Below, one piece after another: positions 27,498-37,539 of a stretch of DNA of 64,000 nucleotides. Every line of letters starts with the position of its first letter. Position 1 is the first letter of the stretch. The DNA lies in NCBI GenBank assembly GCA_963665325.3, contig OZ224045.1, positions 2,464,001 through 2,528,000 of the forward strand, written 5' to 3'. The stretch comes from Alphaproteobacteria bacterium. GTDB lineage: Bacteria; Pseudomonadota; Alphaproteobacteria; Bin95. The position numbers were made by a program, and so were the translations under genes. The notes below the pieces were generated by a model, which was not told where the DNA came from, did not search any database, and saw only the letters and a program-made list of their open reading frames with translations.

Positions 27498-28586
27498 CTA
27501 TTCCATCACGATTCGCGGCGCGACGGGGCCGGTCGCGCGGCGGGCTTCGACCTCGCGCCAGAGGCGGGCGGCGATTTCGCGGAAGGCCTGGCCGGAGGGG
27601 GAGGTGTCGTCGGCGGCTGCGGGTGTGCCGGCGTCGCAGCGTTCGCGGAGTTCCAGCGCCAGCGGGGCTTCGCCGAGGAAGGGCGCGCCGAGCTTTTCCG
27701 CTTCCGCGCGCGCGCCGCCCGAGCCGAAGATATGGGTGCCCTTGCCGCAATGTGGGCAGACGAACACCGACATGTTCTCGACGAGGCCCAGCACCGGCAC
27801 CTCGACCTTGCGGAACATGGAAATGCCCCGCCGGGCGTCGAGCAGCGCGATATCCTGCGGCGTCGAGACGATAACCGCCCCGGTGAGCGGCACGCGCTGG
27901 GAGAGCGTCAGCTGCGCGTCTCCCGTCCCCGGCGGCATGTCGATGAGCAGCACGTCGAGGTCGCCCCAGGCGACATCGCCGATGAGCTGCTGCACCGCGC
28001 TCATCACCATCGGCCCGCGCCAGATCATCGCCGTCTCTTCCGAAATCAGGAAGCCGATCGACATGCAGGCCACGCCCCATTTTCGCATCGGCTCCAGCGT
28101 CTTTTCGCCGACAAGCGACGGCTTGCCGGAAATGCCCATCATGCGCGGCAGGGAGGGGCCGAAGATGTCGCTGTCCATGAGCCCGACAGCGAGGCCCTGC
28201 CGGGAGAGCGCGACCGCGAGGTTGACGGCCACGGTGGATTTGCCGACGCCGCCCTTGCCGGAGGCGACGGCGACGATGCTCTTCACGCCCGGCAGCTCGA
28301 TCCGGCCCGAAGTCTGCCCGGAGGTGCTGCCGGCCGGCCGGCGCTCCGGGGGCGGCGCGGCGGCGCGTTCGGCGGTCAGCACCACGGTGGCGCTGGTGAC
28401 GCCGGGCAGGGCGGTGAGCGCGGCCTCGATGGCGCGGCGCTCGTCCCCGGCCTCCCCGGCCAGGCCGGGTTCCACCTCCAGTGACAGCTGCACCGCACCG
28501 TCCTTGACGGCGATGCCGCCGACGCGCCCGATGAGCGCCAGGTCCTGCGCTGCGGCGCGAATGTCCGATTCCGTCGGTTCGACCAT
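27498..28586 (-). CDS. apbC: Mrp/ApbC Fe-S cluster carrier ATPase
   Basis: ASGKGGVGKST, WRGPMV, DMPPGTGD, ENMS, CPHC. Confidence 0.95.
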   Translation of the reverse strand: MVEPTESDIRAAAQDLALIGRVGGIAVKDGAVQLSLEVEPGLAGEAGDERRAIEAALTALPGVTSATVVLTAERAAAPPPERRPAGSTSGQTSGRIELPGVKSIVAVASGKGGVGKSTVAVNLAVALSRQGLAVGLMDSDIFGPSLPRMMGISGKPSLVGEKTLEPMRKWGVACMSIGFLISEETAMIWRGPMVMSAVQQLIGDVAWGDLDVLLIDMPPGTGDAQLTLSQRVPLTGAVIVSTPQDIALLDARRGISMFRKVEVPVLGLVENMSVFVCPHCGKGTHIFGSGGARAEAEKLGAPFLGEAPLALELRERCDAGTPAAADDTSPSGQAFREIAARLWREVEARRATGPVAPRIVME

Positions 28587-28713
28587 GAGCGCCGTGCGCC
28601 TCCGTTGACACAAGGAATATGCGCGGCCCATTCCAACGCCGGGCGCCCTGCTCTATAAGGCGCCATGCGCGAATTCGGCGGACGCACGCGGAACGGCAAC
28701 GAGAGGTAGGCCC

Positions 28714-29919
28714 ATGCCCTGGCATAATCAAGGCGGCGGAGGCAGCGGCGGCCCTTGGGGCGGCGGTGGCGGCGGTGGCGGTCCCTGGGGCGGCAGCGGC
28801 GGTGGCGGCGGGGGTGGCGGCCCCTGGGGCGGCGGCGGCGGCAACCAGGGCGGCGGCGGCTGGGGCGGCGGGCGCGGGCCCGGCGGCGGCCCGCAGGCTC
28901 CCAATGTCGAGGAGGCGATCCGGCGCCTGCAGGACTGGCTGCGCCGGCGCATGCCGGGCGGCGGAGCCGGCGGTCGCGGCGGGCGCATCGGCATTCTGCT
29001 GGTGATTATCGTGTTGCTCGCCATCTGGGTGCTGAGCGGCTTCTACCGCGTGCAGACGGACGAGCAGGGCGTGGTGCTGCGCTTCGGCGAGCGCGTCGGC
29101 ACCACCACGCCGGGCCTCAACTACCATCTGCCCTATCCGATAGAGACGGTGGAAACGCCGAAGGTCACGCGCGTCAACCGCGTCGAGGTCGGCTTCCGCA
29201 GCGCGGAAGAGGCGCTGATGCTGACCGGCGACGAAAACATCGTCGATATCAATTTCGTCGTCTTCTGGATCATCAAGGAGGCCGGCGACTACCTGTTCAA
29301 TGTGCGGGAGCCGGAGCGGTCGGTTAAGGCGGCCGCCGAGAGCGTGATGCGCGAGATCGTCGGGCAGACGCCCATCGCCGCCGCGCTCGCCGAAGGCCGA
29401 GGCCAGATCGAGGACAAGGTCAAGGCCGGCGTGCAGGCCATACTGGACGACTACGGGACCGGCATCGAGATCACCGTCGTGCAACTGCTGAAGGTCGATC
29501 CGCCGAACCAGGTGGTGGACGCCTTCCGCGACGTGCAGCGCGCCCGCGCCGACCAGGAGCGGCTGCGCAACGAGGCGGAGTCCTACGCCAACGACATCAT
29601 CCCCCGCGCACGCGGCGAGGCGGAGCGGCTGGTGCAGGAGGCGGAAGCTTACAAGCAGGAGGTCGTGGCACGCTCCGAAGGCGACGCCCAGCGCTTCACC
29701 CAGGTCTATACGGCGTTCAGCGCCGCCAAGGACGTGACCACCAAGCGCATCTACCTGGAGACGATGGAGGAAATCCTCTCCAACGCGGACAAATACGTCA
29801 TCGACCAGAGCGGCGGCGCCTCCGGCGTCGTGCCCTATCTGCCGCTGCCCGAAGTGCAGAAGCGGATAAAGGCCGGCGACGCCGACGGGACCCAATCCAG
29901 CACGGGAGGCCTGCAATGA
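28714..29919 (+). CDS. hflK: FtsH modulator HflK
   Basis: MPW/GGPWG Gly-rich N-terminus, TM, SPFH domain (MLTGDENIV), ARGEA, RIYLETME. Confidence 0.95.
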   Translation: MPWHNQGGGGSGGPWGGGGGGGGPWGGSGGGGGGGGPWGGGGGNQGGGGWGGGRGPGGGPQAPNVEEAIRRLQDWLRRRMPGGGAGGRGGRIGILLVIIVLLAIWVLSGFYRVQTDEQGVVLRFGERVGTTTPGLNYHLPYPIETVETPKVTRVNRVEVGFRSAEEALMLTGDENIVDINFVVFWIIKEAGDYLFNVREPERSVKAAAESVMREIVGQTPIAAALAEGRGQIEDKVKAGVQAILDDYGTGIEITVVQLLKVDPPNQVVDAFRDVQRARADQERLRNEAESYANDIIPRARGEAERLVQEAEAYKQEVVARSEGDAQRFTQVYTAFSAAKDVTTKRIYLETMEEILSNADKYVIDQSGGASGVVPYLPLPEVQKRIKAGDADGTQSSTGGLQ

Positions 29920-30800
29920 GACATGCCGCGCTTTTCGGCGGCGCGATCCTGGTGATCGTGCTCGCCATCGTCGCCGCCAGCGCGCTGTTCACGGTGCACC
30001 AGACGCAGCAGGCCATCGTGATGCAGTTCGGCAACCCGAAGAGCGTGGTCCAGGAGCCGGGGCTGCATCTGAAGGCGCCGTTCTGGCAGAACGTGGTGTA
30101 TTTCGACGCCCGCGTGCTGGACTTCGCGCCGCAGGCCGAGGAGATCATCACTTCGGACCGCAAGCGCATGGTGGTGGACAGTTTCGTGCGCTACCGCATC
30201 GACGATCCGCTGCAATTCTACCAGTCGGTGGGCACGGAAACCCGCGTCCAGAGCCGTCTGGCCGGCGTGGTCGTCTCCAGCCTCCGGCGCGTCGTCGGCA
30301 ACAACAGCTTCAGCTCGATCCTCTCCGAGGAACGCGGCGACATCATGCTCAGCATCCGGCAGGCGGTGAACGCGGAGTCCAAGGAGTTCGGCATCGAGAT
30401 CGTCGATTTCCGGATTCGCCGCACCGACCTGCCGGACGCCAATGCGCAGTCGATCTACCAGCGCATGCGCACCGAGCGCGAGCGCGAGGCCAAGGAGTTC
30501 CGCGCCCAGGGGGCCGAGCTCGCCCAGCGCATCCGCGCCCGCGCCGACCGCGAGCGCACGGTGCTGATCGCGGAGTCGAAGAAGACGGCGCAGATCCGGC
30601 GAGGCGAGGGCGATGCCGACGCGATCCGCATCTATGCCGAGAGCTTCGGCCAGGACCCGGAATTCTTCGCCTTCTACCGCTCGATGGAGGCCTACCGGAA
30701 CGCGCTCGGCAAGGATAACACCACGCTGGTGCTGAGCCCGGACAGCGACTTCTTCAACTTCTTCGGCGACATTTCCGGCAGGGCCTCGAAGAGCGAATAG
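29916..30800 (+). CDS. hflC: FtsH modulator HflC
   Basis: SPFH domain, IYQRMRTER, RGEGDA, FFAFYRSMEAY. Confidence 0.95.
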   Translation: MRHAALFGGAILVIVLAIVAASALFTVHQTQQAIVMQFGNPKSVVQEPGLHLKAPFWQNVVYFDARVLDFAPQAEEIITSDRKRMVVDSFVRYRIDDPLQFYQSVGTETRVQSRLAGVVVSSLRRVVGNNSFSSILSEERGDIMLSIRQAVNAESKEFGIEIVDFRIRRTDLPDANAQSIYQRMRTEREREAKEFRAQGAELAQRIRARADRERTVLIAESKKTAQIRRGEGDADAIRIYAESFGQDPEFFAFYRSMEAYRNALGKDNTTLVLSPDSDFFNFFGDISGRASKSE

Positions 30801-30821
30801 CCCGCCGCCGGCCCCGCCCGG

Positions 30822-31028
30822 ATGGAAGACTTCGCCCTCAGCGACTTCGTCACCGCGCTCGGCCTCGCCCTGGTGCTGGAAGGCGCGATATGGCTCGCCG
30901 CGCCCCAGTCCATGCGCCGCTTCATGCTCCGCCTCGCCGGCCATTCCCCCGCCATGCTCCGCTTCTGCGGCCTGACGGCGGCCATGCTCGGGCTGGCGGT
31001 GGTCTGGGCGGCGCGGCAGTGGGTATAG
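30822..31028 (+). CDS. DUF2065 (YjeT-like) small membrane protein
   Basis: ALGLALVLEG..AAP..LRFCG; standard position after hflC. Confidence 0.85.
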   Translation: MEDFALSDFVTALGLALVLEGAIWLAAPQSMRRFMLRLAGHSPAMLRFCGLTAAMLGLAVVWAARQWV

Positions 31029-31037
31029 AGGCGGGCG

Positions 31038-31243
31038 CTAGAGCACGGTCCGTTCGAGTTGAACCGGGACCGGATATGCAACTCCGGTTGTCACCCCGGA
31101 CGGAGCGGAGCGGAGATCCGGGGTCCAGTCTACCGGGGCTTGACCAGGTTTCGAAAGCGGTTCTGGACCCCGGCTCGGGGGCCGGGGTGACGGTCTTGGG
31201 TTCGGTTCCAGTTTCGGTTCAATTCGAACGGATTCCGCTCTAG
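31038..31243. repeat. MITE-like palindromic element with a nested REP-type doublet
   Basis: Outer IR CTAGAGC..TCCGTTCGAGTTGAACCG / CGGTTCAATTCGAACGGA..GCTCTAG; inner GTCACCCCGG..CCGGGGTCCAG..CTGGACCCCGG..CCGGGGTGAC (31090-31191). Confidence 0.8.
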
Positions 31244-31381
31244 TCTTTATCCGCGGCCCCCCGATTTCACAAGAATGGGAGGGCTGATGTTGCGGACTTT
31301 GATCGGGCCGGCGCAAGACAGTGAGGGCGCTGTCGGCACGGGGCCAACATTGCGAAAGAAGCATACGCCCGTCCAAACGGA

Positions 31382-32053
31382 TCAGACATAGCTCACCACC
31401 TCACCAAGCGGTTTGCGGCCGATGTCCGGCACCTTCGCATTCTCGTCAGGGTAGCCGGCGACCAGCAGCAGGAAGGGGCGTTCGGCCGCCTTCGGGCGGC
31501 CCAGTATTTCGTTCAGGAATTTCATCGGGCTCGGCGTGTGGGTGAGCGTTGCGAGTCCGGCGACATGCAGGGCCGCGATCAGCATCCCGGTCGCGATCCC
31601 GACCGACTCTGCCGGGTAGTAGTGCTTGACGCGGCGGCCGTCGGCCAGCCGGCCGTATCTCTGGGAAAAGACCGCGATCAGCCAGGGCGCGCGTTCCAGG
31701 AACGGCTTGTGCTCGTCCGTTCCGAGCGGGGCCAGCGCGTCCAGCCACTCCTGCGGCGCCCGGTGCCGGTAGAACTCGAACTCCTCCTCTTCGGCGGCGA
31801 TCCGTATGCGCCGCTTCGTTTCCGGATTGCCCACCACGACGAAATGCCAGGGCTGAAGGTTCGCGCCGCTCGGCGCGGTGGTCGCGGCCTTCAGGCAGTC
31901 GTCGATGACCGCGCGCGGCACGGGCCGGTCGGAAAAGTCCCGGACCGTGCGCCGGCGCTTCAGCTCCGCATGGAACTCGCGCGCCCGGCGCATCATCTCG
32001 TCTTCGGGATACTCCCGATAATCGGGCAACGGTACGAAGGAAGGTTCGTTCAT
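31382..32053 (-). CDS. Nitroreductase superfamily, iodotyrosine deiodinase (IYD)-like
   Basis: [63 protein letters not shown]. Confidence 0.8.
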   Translation of the reverse strand: MNEPSFVPLPDYREYPEDEMMRRAREFHAELKRRRTVRDFSDRPVPRAVIDDCLKAATTAPSGANLQPWHFVVVGNPETKRRIRIAAEEEEFEFYRHRAPQEWLDALAPLGTDEHKPFLERAPWLIAVFSQRYGRLADGRRVKHYYPAESVGIATGMLIAALHVAGLATLTHTPSPMKFLNEILGRPKAAERPFLLLVAGYPDENAKVPDIGRKPLGEVVSYV

Positions 32054-32196
32054 CCGGGTCGTGTCCCTGAAGGCGACAAGGGGCAGGGCGACGGGCCTGC
32101 GGCATGGCTGCCCGGATTATACATCCATCCCGGTCATCGGCTCCGCGCGGAAAGCGCTTTCGCCTGCCATGGCGGCGCGTATGATTGGAGTCCGCT

Positions 32197-33144
32197 ATGA
32201 ACCCGCGCCCGCTGATCGTCGATTGCGACCCCGGCCAGGACGATGCCGTCGCCCTGCTGTTGGCCTTCGCTGCGCCCGAGGAATTCGACTTGCTCGGCAT
32301 CACGGCCGTCGCCGGCAATGTCCCGCTGGCGCTGACCGAGAGCAATGCGCGCCGGATCAGGGATCTCGGGGGCCGACCCGAAGTGCCGGTCTATGCCGGG
32401 TGTCCGCGCCCCATGGTGCGCGAGCCGGTCACCGCCGAGCGCATCCACGGGCCGACGGGCATCGACGGCGCGGACCTGCCGGAGCCGAGCCGCCCGGCCG
32501 AAGCGGCTCATGCGGTGGACTTTCTGGTGGAGACGCTCCTCGCGGCGCCGGAACCTGTCACCTTGGCCCCCCTCGGGCCGCTTACCAATATCGCGCTCGC
32601 CATCGTGAAGAACCCGGCGATCCTGGGGAATGTGCGCGAGATCGTCGCCATGGGCGGGGCCATCGGGACCGGCAATGTCACGGCGTCGGCCGAGTTCAAC
32701 ATCTTCGCCGACCCCCATGCGGCGCATGTGGTGTTCGAGGCGGGCGCGCCGCTCACCATGATCGGGCTCGACGTGACCCACCAGGCGATCGCGACGCCGC
32801 CGAGGCTGGAGGCAATCCGCGCGCTCGGCACGGCGCCGGCGGCCGCGGTCTGCGGCATGCTCGACCTCTACGGCGCGAAGAACATGGCCGCCTACCATCA
32901 CGGCGCGCCGCTGCACGACCCCTGCGTGATTGCCTATCTGATGCAGCCGGACCTGTTCGAGGGCCGGGAGATGCGGGTCGACATCGATACCGCCGAAGGC
33001 CCCTGCTTCGGCCGCACGGTCTGCGATGTGCGCGGGCGCAGTGGCAGGCCCGCCAATGCACGTGTGCTGGAAAGCATCGACGCCGACGGCTTCTTTGCGC
33101 TGCTGACGGAACGCCTGGCGCGGCTGCCGGCCGGCGCTCCATAG
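32197..33144 (+). CDS. Inosine/uridine-preferring nucleoside hydrolase
   Basis: DCDPGQDDA, LGPLTNIA, AEFNIFADP, LHDP. Confidence 0.93.
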   Translation: MNPRPLIVDCDPGQDDAVALLLAFAAPEEFDLLGITAVAGNVPLALTESNARRIRDLGGRPEVPVYAGCPRPMVREPVTAERIHGPTGIDGADLPEPSRPAEAAHAVDFLVETLLAAPEPVTLAPLGPLTNIALAIVKNPAILGNVREIVAMGGAIGTGNVTASAEFNIFADPHAAHVVFEAGAPLTMIGLDVTHQAIATPPRLEAIRALGTAPAAAVCGMLDLYGAKNMAAYHHGAPLHDPCVIAYLMQPDLFEGREMRVDIDTAEGPCFGRTVCDVRGRSGRPANARVLESIDADGFFALLTERLARLPAGAP

Positions 33145-33185
33145 CGGCACGAACGACTGTTTCCGGAAGACCTGAGAGGAAAACC

Positions 33186-33938
33186 ATGTCCGACAGACCC
33201 ATCGCATTGGTAACGGGGGGCGCGCAGGGGATTGGCTATGCGTGCGCCGAAGCGCTTGCCGAAGACGGCCACTGCCCGATCCTCGTCGACGTCAGGGAGG
33301 AGGGCGTTCGGGAGGCTGCGGGACGGCTCGGAAACGGGGCCGTGGGCCTCATCTGCGATATGGGCGACCCGGCCGCGGTCGGCGCGCTGTTCGACAGGAT
33401 CGAGACCGACTACGGGCCGGTGGCAACGCTGGTGAACAATGCCGGCGTCGCGCTGCCGGGAGAATTCCTCAGCTATGAGCTAGACGATTTCCAGCGGGTG
33501 ATCGGCGTCAATCTGGTCGGCGTCTTCGTCGCCACCCAGCGCGCGGCCAGGACGATGGTCGAGAAGGGCATAAGGGGCGCTATTGTCAACATGTCGTCGA
33601 TCAACGCCCAGGTCGCGATTCCGGCAATCCCGGCCTACTGCGCCTCGAAAGGCGGCGTGATGCAGATCACGAAGGCGGCCGCGCTGGCGCTTGCGCCGCA
33701 CGGCATAAGGGTCAACGCCGTCGGGCCCGGCTCCATCGACACGGAGATGATGGCGGGCGTGAATGCCAACCCGGAGGCGATGCAGGTCGCCATGTCGCGC
33801 ACACCGCTGAAGCGCCTGGGCTCGCCGCGCGAGATCGGCCATGTCGTGGCCTTCCTCGCCTCGGACAAGGCAAGCTACATCACCGGCGAGACGATCTATG
33901 TCGATGGCGGGCGGCTGGGGCTCAACTACACCTGCTGA
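33186..33938 (+). CDS. Short-chain dehydrogenase/reductase
   Basis: TGGAQGIG, NNAG, YCASK, VNAVGPG, YVDGG. Confidence 0.93.
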   Translation: MSDRPIALVTGGAQGIGYACAEALAEDGHCPILVDVREEGVREAAGRLGNGAVGLICDMGDPAAVGALFDRIETDYGPVATLVNNAGVALPGEFLSYELDDFQRVIGVNLVGVFVATQRAARTMVEKGIRGAIVNMSSINAQVAIPAIPAYCASKGGVMQITKAAALALAPHGIRVNAVGPGSIDTEMMAGVNANPEAMQVAMSRTPLKRLGSPREIGHVVAFLASDKASYITGETIYVDGGRLGLNYTC

Positions 33939-33941
33939 GGC

Positions 33942-35501
33942 CTATTTCAGCAACGACCAGGCCAGGTTCCGCGCTTCCTCCTGGGTCTCGACGATCCGGT
34001 CGTCGGAAATCCGGTCGAGAACGTCGAAGGCGAAGAGGGTCTGGCGGATACGGTCGCTCGCGCCGAACATGACGATCCCAGTGCCGGTCTGCTTCGCGCG
34101 GTCGATCAGCAGGGCAAGCAGGTTGGCGGCGCTGTCGTCGATATGGGTGGCGTTGGAAAGGTCGAAGATCACGACCTCGTGGTCGCGGATATCGTCGCCG
34201 ATCTGCCGGATCAGCTTGCGCGAGGAAGACACGGTGAACGAGCCGCGGAAAGCGAGCAGTCCTATGCGCGCTTCGTATTCGTCGGAGGGTTCCACCCCGA
34301 AAGTGGAATCGAGGAGCGGCGTCGAGATCACGCTGTCGAGTTCCAGCGACTCCAGCTGCGTGGCGCTGACGATATTCGCGGCGATGACGCCGAACACGAT
34401 GGCGAAGAGCGGATCGACGAAGATGGTAACGCCCATGATCAGCAGCATGACCGTAGAGTGCCGCGAGTCCATCCGGGGCACCTTCCGCAGGAAGGAGAAG
34501 TCGATCATCTTCCAGCCTACGAGCATGACGATAGCCGAGAGCGCCGCGAGCGGGAGCGGGGCGACATACCGGCCAAGGCCGAGGATGAGCGCAGCGACGA
34601 TGACCATGCAGATAATGCTCGCGACGACGGTCTTCCCGCCGAAACGGTGCGACGTCATGGTGGCGATGGTCGCGCCTCCGGGCATCACGCCGAGGATCCC
34701 CGCCGCGAGGTTCCCGAGGCCGACGCCGAACAGTTCGCGATTGGGATTGTGCTGCGAGCCGGTGAAGCTGTCGGCGATGAGCGCCCACATCAGCGTGTAG
34801 ATCGAGCTTATAAGCGCAACCAGCACTGCCGGCCCGACGGCCTTCGGCAGGAAGGCGAGCGTCGGCATCTCCAGGACGGGGACCGGCAGCCCTGTCGGCA
34901 CGGGACCCAGCCGCTCGACGCCGGGCAGGAATTGCGCCAGGAGCCAGCCGATGGCGATGACCGCGAGCGCCGCCGGCAGGAATTTGCCGGCGCGGGCCGG
35001 CCAGACAAGCAGCAACACCAGGCAGATACCGGCGATAGCGATGTTGCTCATGCCAAGGTCGATCAGCTTCTCCACCTGCGTCCAGAGGAGGAGCACGCCG
35101 ATGCCGGACATGAACCCCGCGAGCACGATATGCGGCATGTAGGAGACGAAGCGGCCGACGCCGGCAAGCCCGAGCGCGATCTGGATGGCCCCGGCCATGA
35201 CGATGATGACGGCGAGCTCGGCCAGCGTGAACTCGTTGCCTGTGAGCAGCGTTGCGGTGATGACCGCGAGCACGGCGCTCGCGCCGCTTACGATCGCGCG
35301 CGTGCCGCCGAACACCGCTGCGACAATCCCGACTATGACGCCGCACCAGAGCCCCGCGAGGGCTCCCATTCCGGAAATGACGCCCAGCGCCATCGTGGTC
35401 GGGACGTTGGACGCTGCCAGGGTAACGCTGGCCCTCAGGTCGGCCCAGAAGGTCTCGCGCGTATAGGGCGGGCGTTTCTCGTTACGCAATCCGCTGAGCA
35501 T
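33942..35501 (-). CDS. SulP-family anion permease with STAS domain
   Basis: Many TMs, HNPNRELFGVGLGN, C-terminal FDLSNATHIDDSA. Confidence 0.88.
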   Translation of the reverse strand: MLSGLRNEKRPPYTRETFWADLRASVTLAASNVPTTMALGVISGMGALAGLWCGVIVGIVAAVFGGTRAIVSGASAVLAVITATLLTGNEFTLAELAVIIVMAGAIQIALGLAGVGRFVSYMPHIVLAGFMSGIGVLLLWTQVEKLIDLGMSNIAIAGICLVLLLVWPARAGKFLPAALAVIAIGWLLAQFLPGVERLGPVPTGLPVPVLEMPTLAFLPKAVGPAVLVALISSIYTLMWALIADSFTGSQHNPNRELFGVGLGNLAAGILGVMPGGATIATMTSHRFGGKTVVASIICMVIVAALILGLGRYVAPLPLAALSAIVMLVGWKMIDFSFLRKVPRMDSRHSTVMLLIMGVTIFVDPLFAIVFGVIAANIVSATQLESLELDSVISTPLLDSTFGVEPSDEYEARIGLLAFRGSFTVSSSRKLIRQIGDDIRDHEVVIFDLSNATHIDDSAANLLALLIDRAKQTGTGIVMFGASDRIRQTLFAFDVLDRISDDRIVETQEEARNLAWSLLK

Positions 35502-35698
35502 ATGCGTCTCTCCCCGGGACTGCGGCCGAACCGCTCAACCGCCGGAATCGGCGCTGTGCGAAGCGACGATGCGGAAGCCGCGGCTCCGCTTTCCGGCCCG
35601 GGCCGCAGATCCGCACCCGCCCTCCGGGACTCGAACTGCCCCAGGACTTCGGCCGGCGGGTCCTGCGCAGCCGCCGATCCGGCCGCCGCTCTTCTCCG

Positions 35699-37432
35699 TC
35701 AGATATCGGCGTATTGCGAGACCTCGCCGCCGCCGCCCGGATGGGTGACGGCTCCCTTGCGCGCGGAGCCTACCGTTTGCGCGTATTTCCAGATCGAGCC
35801 GGAGCCGAATTCGGGCGCAGGCGAAACGCGGGTCTTCGCCCGCTCCGCCATCTCGGCTTCGGAGAGGTCCACATCCAGCGTGCCCGCCACCGCGTCGATG
35901 CGGATCGTGTCGCCGTCGCGCAGCAGCCCGATAGGGCCGCCCTCGGCCGCCTCCGGCCCGACATGGCCGATGCAGAAGCCGCGCGTCGCGCCGGAGAACC
36001 GACCGTCGGTGACCAGCGCAACCGTGTCGCCGAGTCCGCGTCCGTAAATCGCGGAGGTCGTGGCCAGCATCTCGCGCATGCCGGGTCCGCCCTTGGGGCC
36101 CTCATAGCGGATAACGATGACGTCGCCCGCCTGGATGCGCCCGTCGATCACGGCGTCGAAGGCTTCTTCCTCGCGGTCGAAACAGCGCGCCGGACCCTCG
36201 AATTTCAGCACTTCCATGCCCGCGACCTTCACGATTGCGCCGTCCGGGGCGAGGCTGCCCTGCAGGCCGACCACGCCGCCCGTGTCGCTCAGCGGCGTCT
36301 TCACCGGATAGACGACCTTCTGGTCGGTCGGAAATTCGAGGTCGGCCAGGTTCTCGGCCATGGTCTTGCCGGTGACCGTGATGCAGTCGCCATGCAGCAG
36401 GTCGTTGTCGAGCAGCTCCTTCAGCAGCACCGGGATGCCGCCGATGTCGTACATGTCCTTGGCAACATATTGGCCGCCCGGCTGCAGGTCGCAGATATAG
36501 GGGGTCTTGCGGAAGATCTCGGCCACTTCCAGCAGGTCGAAGTCGATACCGGCCTCATGCGCGATGGCCGGCAGGTGCAGACCGGCATTGGTCGAGCCGC
36601 CGGAGGCCGCGACCACGCGGGCGGCGTTCTCCAGCGACTTGCGGGTGACGATGTCGCGCGGGCGCAGCCCCAGCTCGATCAGGTTCATCACCTGCCTTCC
36701 GGCGTCCTCGCAATAGGCGTCGCGCGAGAGGTAGGGCGCCGGCGCCGAGCAGGAATGCGGCAGCGCGAGCCCTATGGCCTCCGCCACCGTCGCCATGGTG
36801 TTGGCGGTGAATTGCCCGCCGCAGGCGCCGCCGGAGGGGCAGGCGCATTCTTCCAGCTCCTTGAGGTCCGAGTCGGAGAACTCGCCCGACGCATGCTTGC
36901 CGACGCCTTCGAAGACATTCTGGATGGTGACGTTCTGGCCGCGGAAATTACCGGGCAGAATCGCGCCTCCGTAGAGGAAGATGGACGGCACGTTGAGCCG
37001 CACCTGCGCCATCATCATGCCGGGCAGCGACTTGTCGCAGCCGGCAAGTCCGACCAGTGCGTCGTAGCAGTGGCCGCGCATGGTGAGCTCGACGGAGTCG
37101 GCGATCACCTCGCGCGACACCAGCGAAGCCTTCATGCCCTGGTGGCCCATGGCGATGCCGTCGGTGACGGTGATCGTGGTGAACTCGCGCGGCGTGCCGT
37201 CGCCCGCCTTGACGCCCGCCTTCACCGCCTGGGCCTGGCGGGAGAGCGTGATGTTGCAGGGCGCGGCCTCGTTCCAGCAGGTCGCGACGCCGACGAGCGG
37301 GGAATGGATTTCCTCCTCCGTCATGCCCATCGCGTAGTAGAAGGAGCGGTGCGGCGCCTTGGACGGCCCTTCGGTGACATGCCGGCTCGGCAGTCTGGAC
37401 TTGTCGAAACGGGACCCTTCGTCGAGTGGCAT
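35699..37432 (-). CDS. ilvD: Dihydroxy-acid dehydratase
   Basis: [53 protein letters not shown]. Confidence 0.96.
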   Translation of the reverse strand: MPLDEGSRFDKSRLPSRHVTEGPSKAPHRSFYYAMGMTEEEIHSPLVGVATCWNEAAPCNITLSRQAQAVKAGVKAGDGTPREFTTITVTDGIAMGHQGMKASLVSREVIADSVELTMRGHCYDALVGLAGCDKSLPGMMMAQVRLNVPSIFLYGGAILPGNFRGQNVTIQNVFEGVGKHASGEFSDSDLKELEECACPSGGACGGQFTANTMATVAEAIGLALPHSCSAPAPYLSRDAYCEDAGRQVMNLIELGLRPRDIVTRKSLENAARVVAASGGSTNAGLHLPAIAHEAGIDFDLLEVAEIFRKTPYICDLQPGGQYVAKDMYDIGGIPVLLKELLDNDLLHGDCITVTGKTMAENLADLEFPTDQKVVYPVKTPLSDTGGVVGLQGSLAPDGAIVKVAGMEVLKFEGPARCFDREEEAFDAVIDGRIQAGDVIVIRYEGPKGGPGMREMLATTSAIYGRGLGDTVALVTDGRFSGATRGFCIGHVGPEAAEGGPIGLLRDGDTIRIDAVAGTLDVDLSEAEMAERAKTRVSPAPEFGSGSIWKYAQTVGSARKGAVTHPGGGGEVSQYADI

Positions 37433-37539
37433 GGGACAATCGTCTCCCGGTGTTACGGTGCTGTGCGGAGAGGTTTCCAGCGATTGAATATCGTTGACTT
37501 TCAGCATTATCTCAACGGATATCATACGGTCCTCAATCG

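Noticed and set aside
28714-28990. GGC-rich repeats (GGPWG units)
   Set aside because: Normal Gly-rich N-terminus of alphaproteobacterial HflK, not a separate repeat element.
31286-31390. 34-codon ORF after GGGAGGG where degP often follows hflKC
   Set aside because: No similarity to a protease that I can recognise; too short to support.
35515-35695. Possible structured leader upstream of sulP (CTGCGGCC/GGCCGCAG, GCCGGAA/TTCCGGC)
   Set aside because: Stems are short and almost purely GC, so they are plausible by chance; no recognisable riboswitch core.
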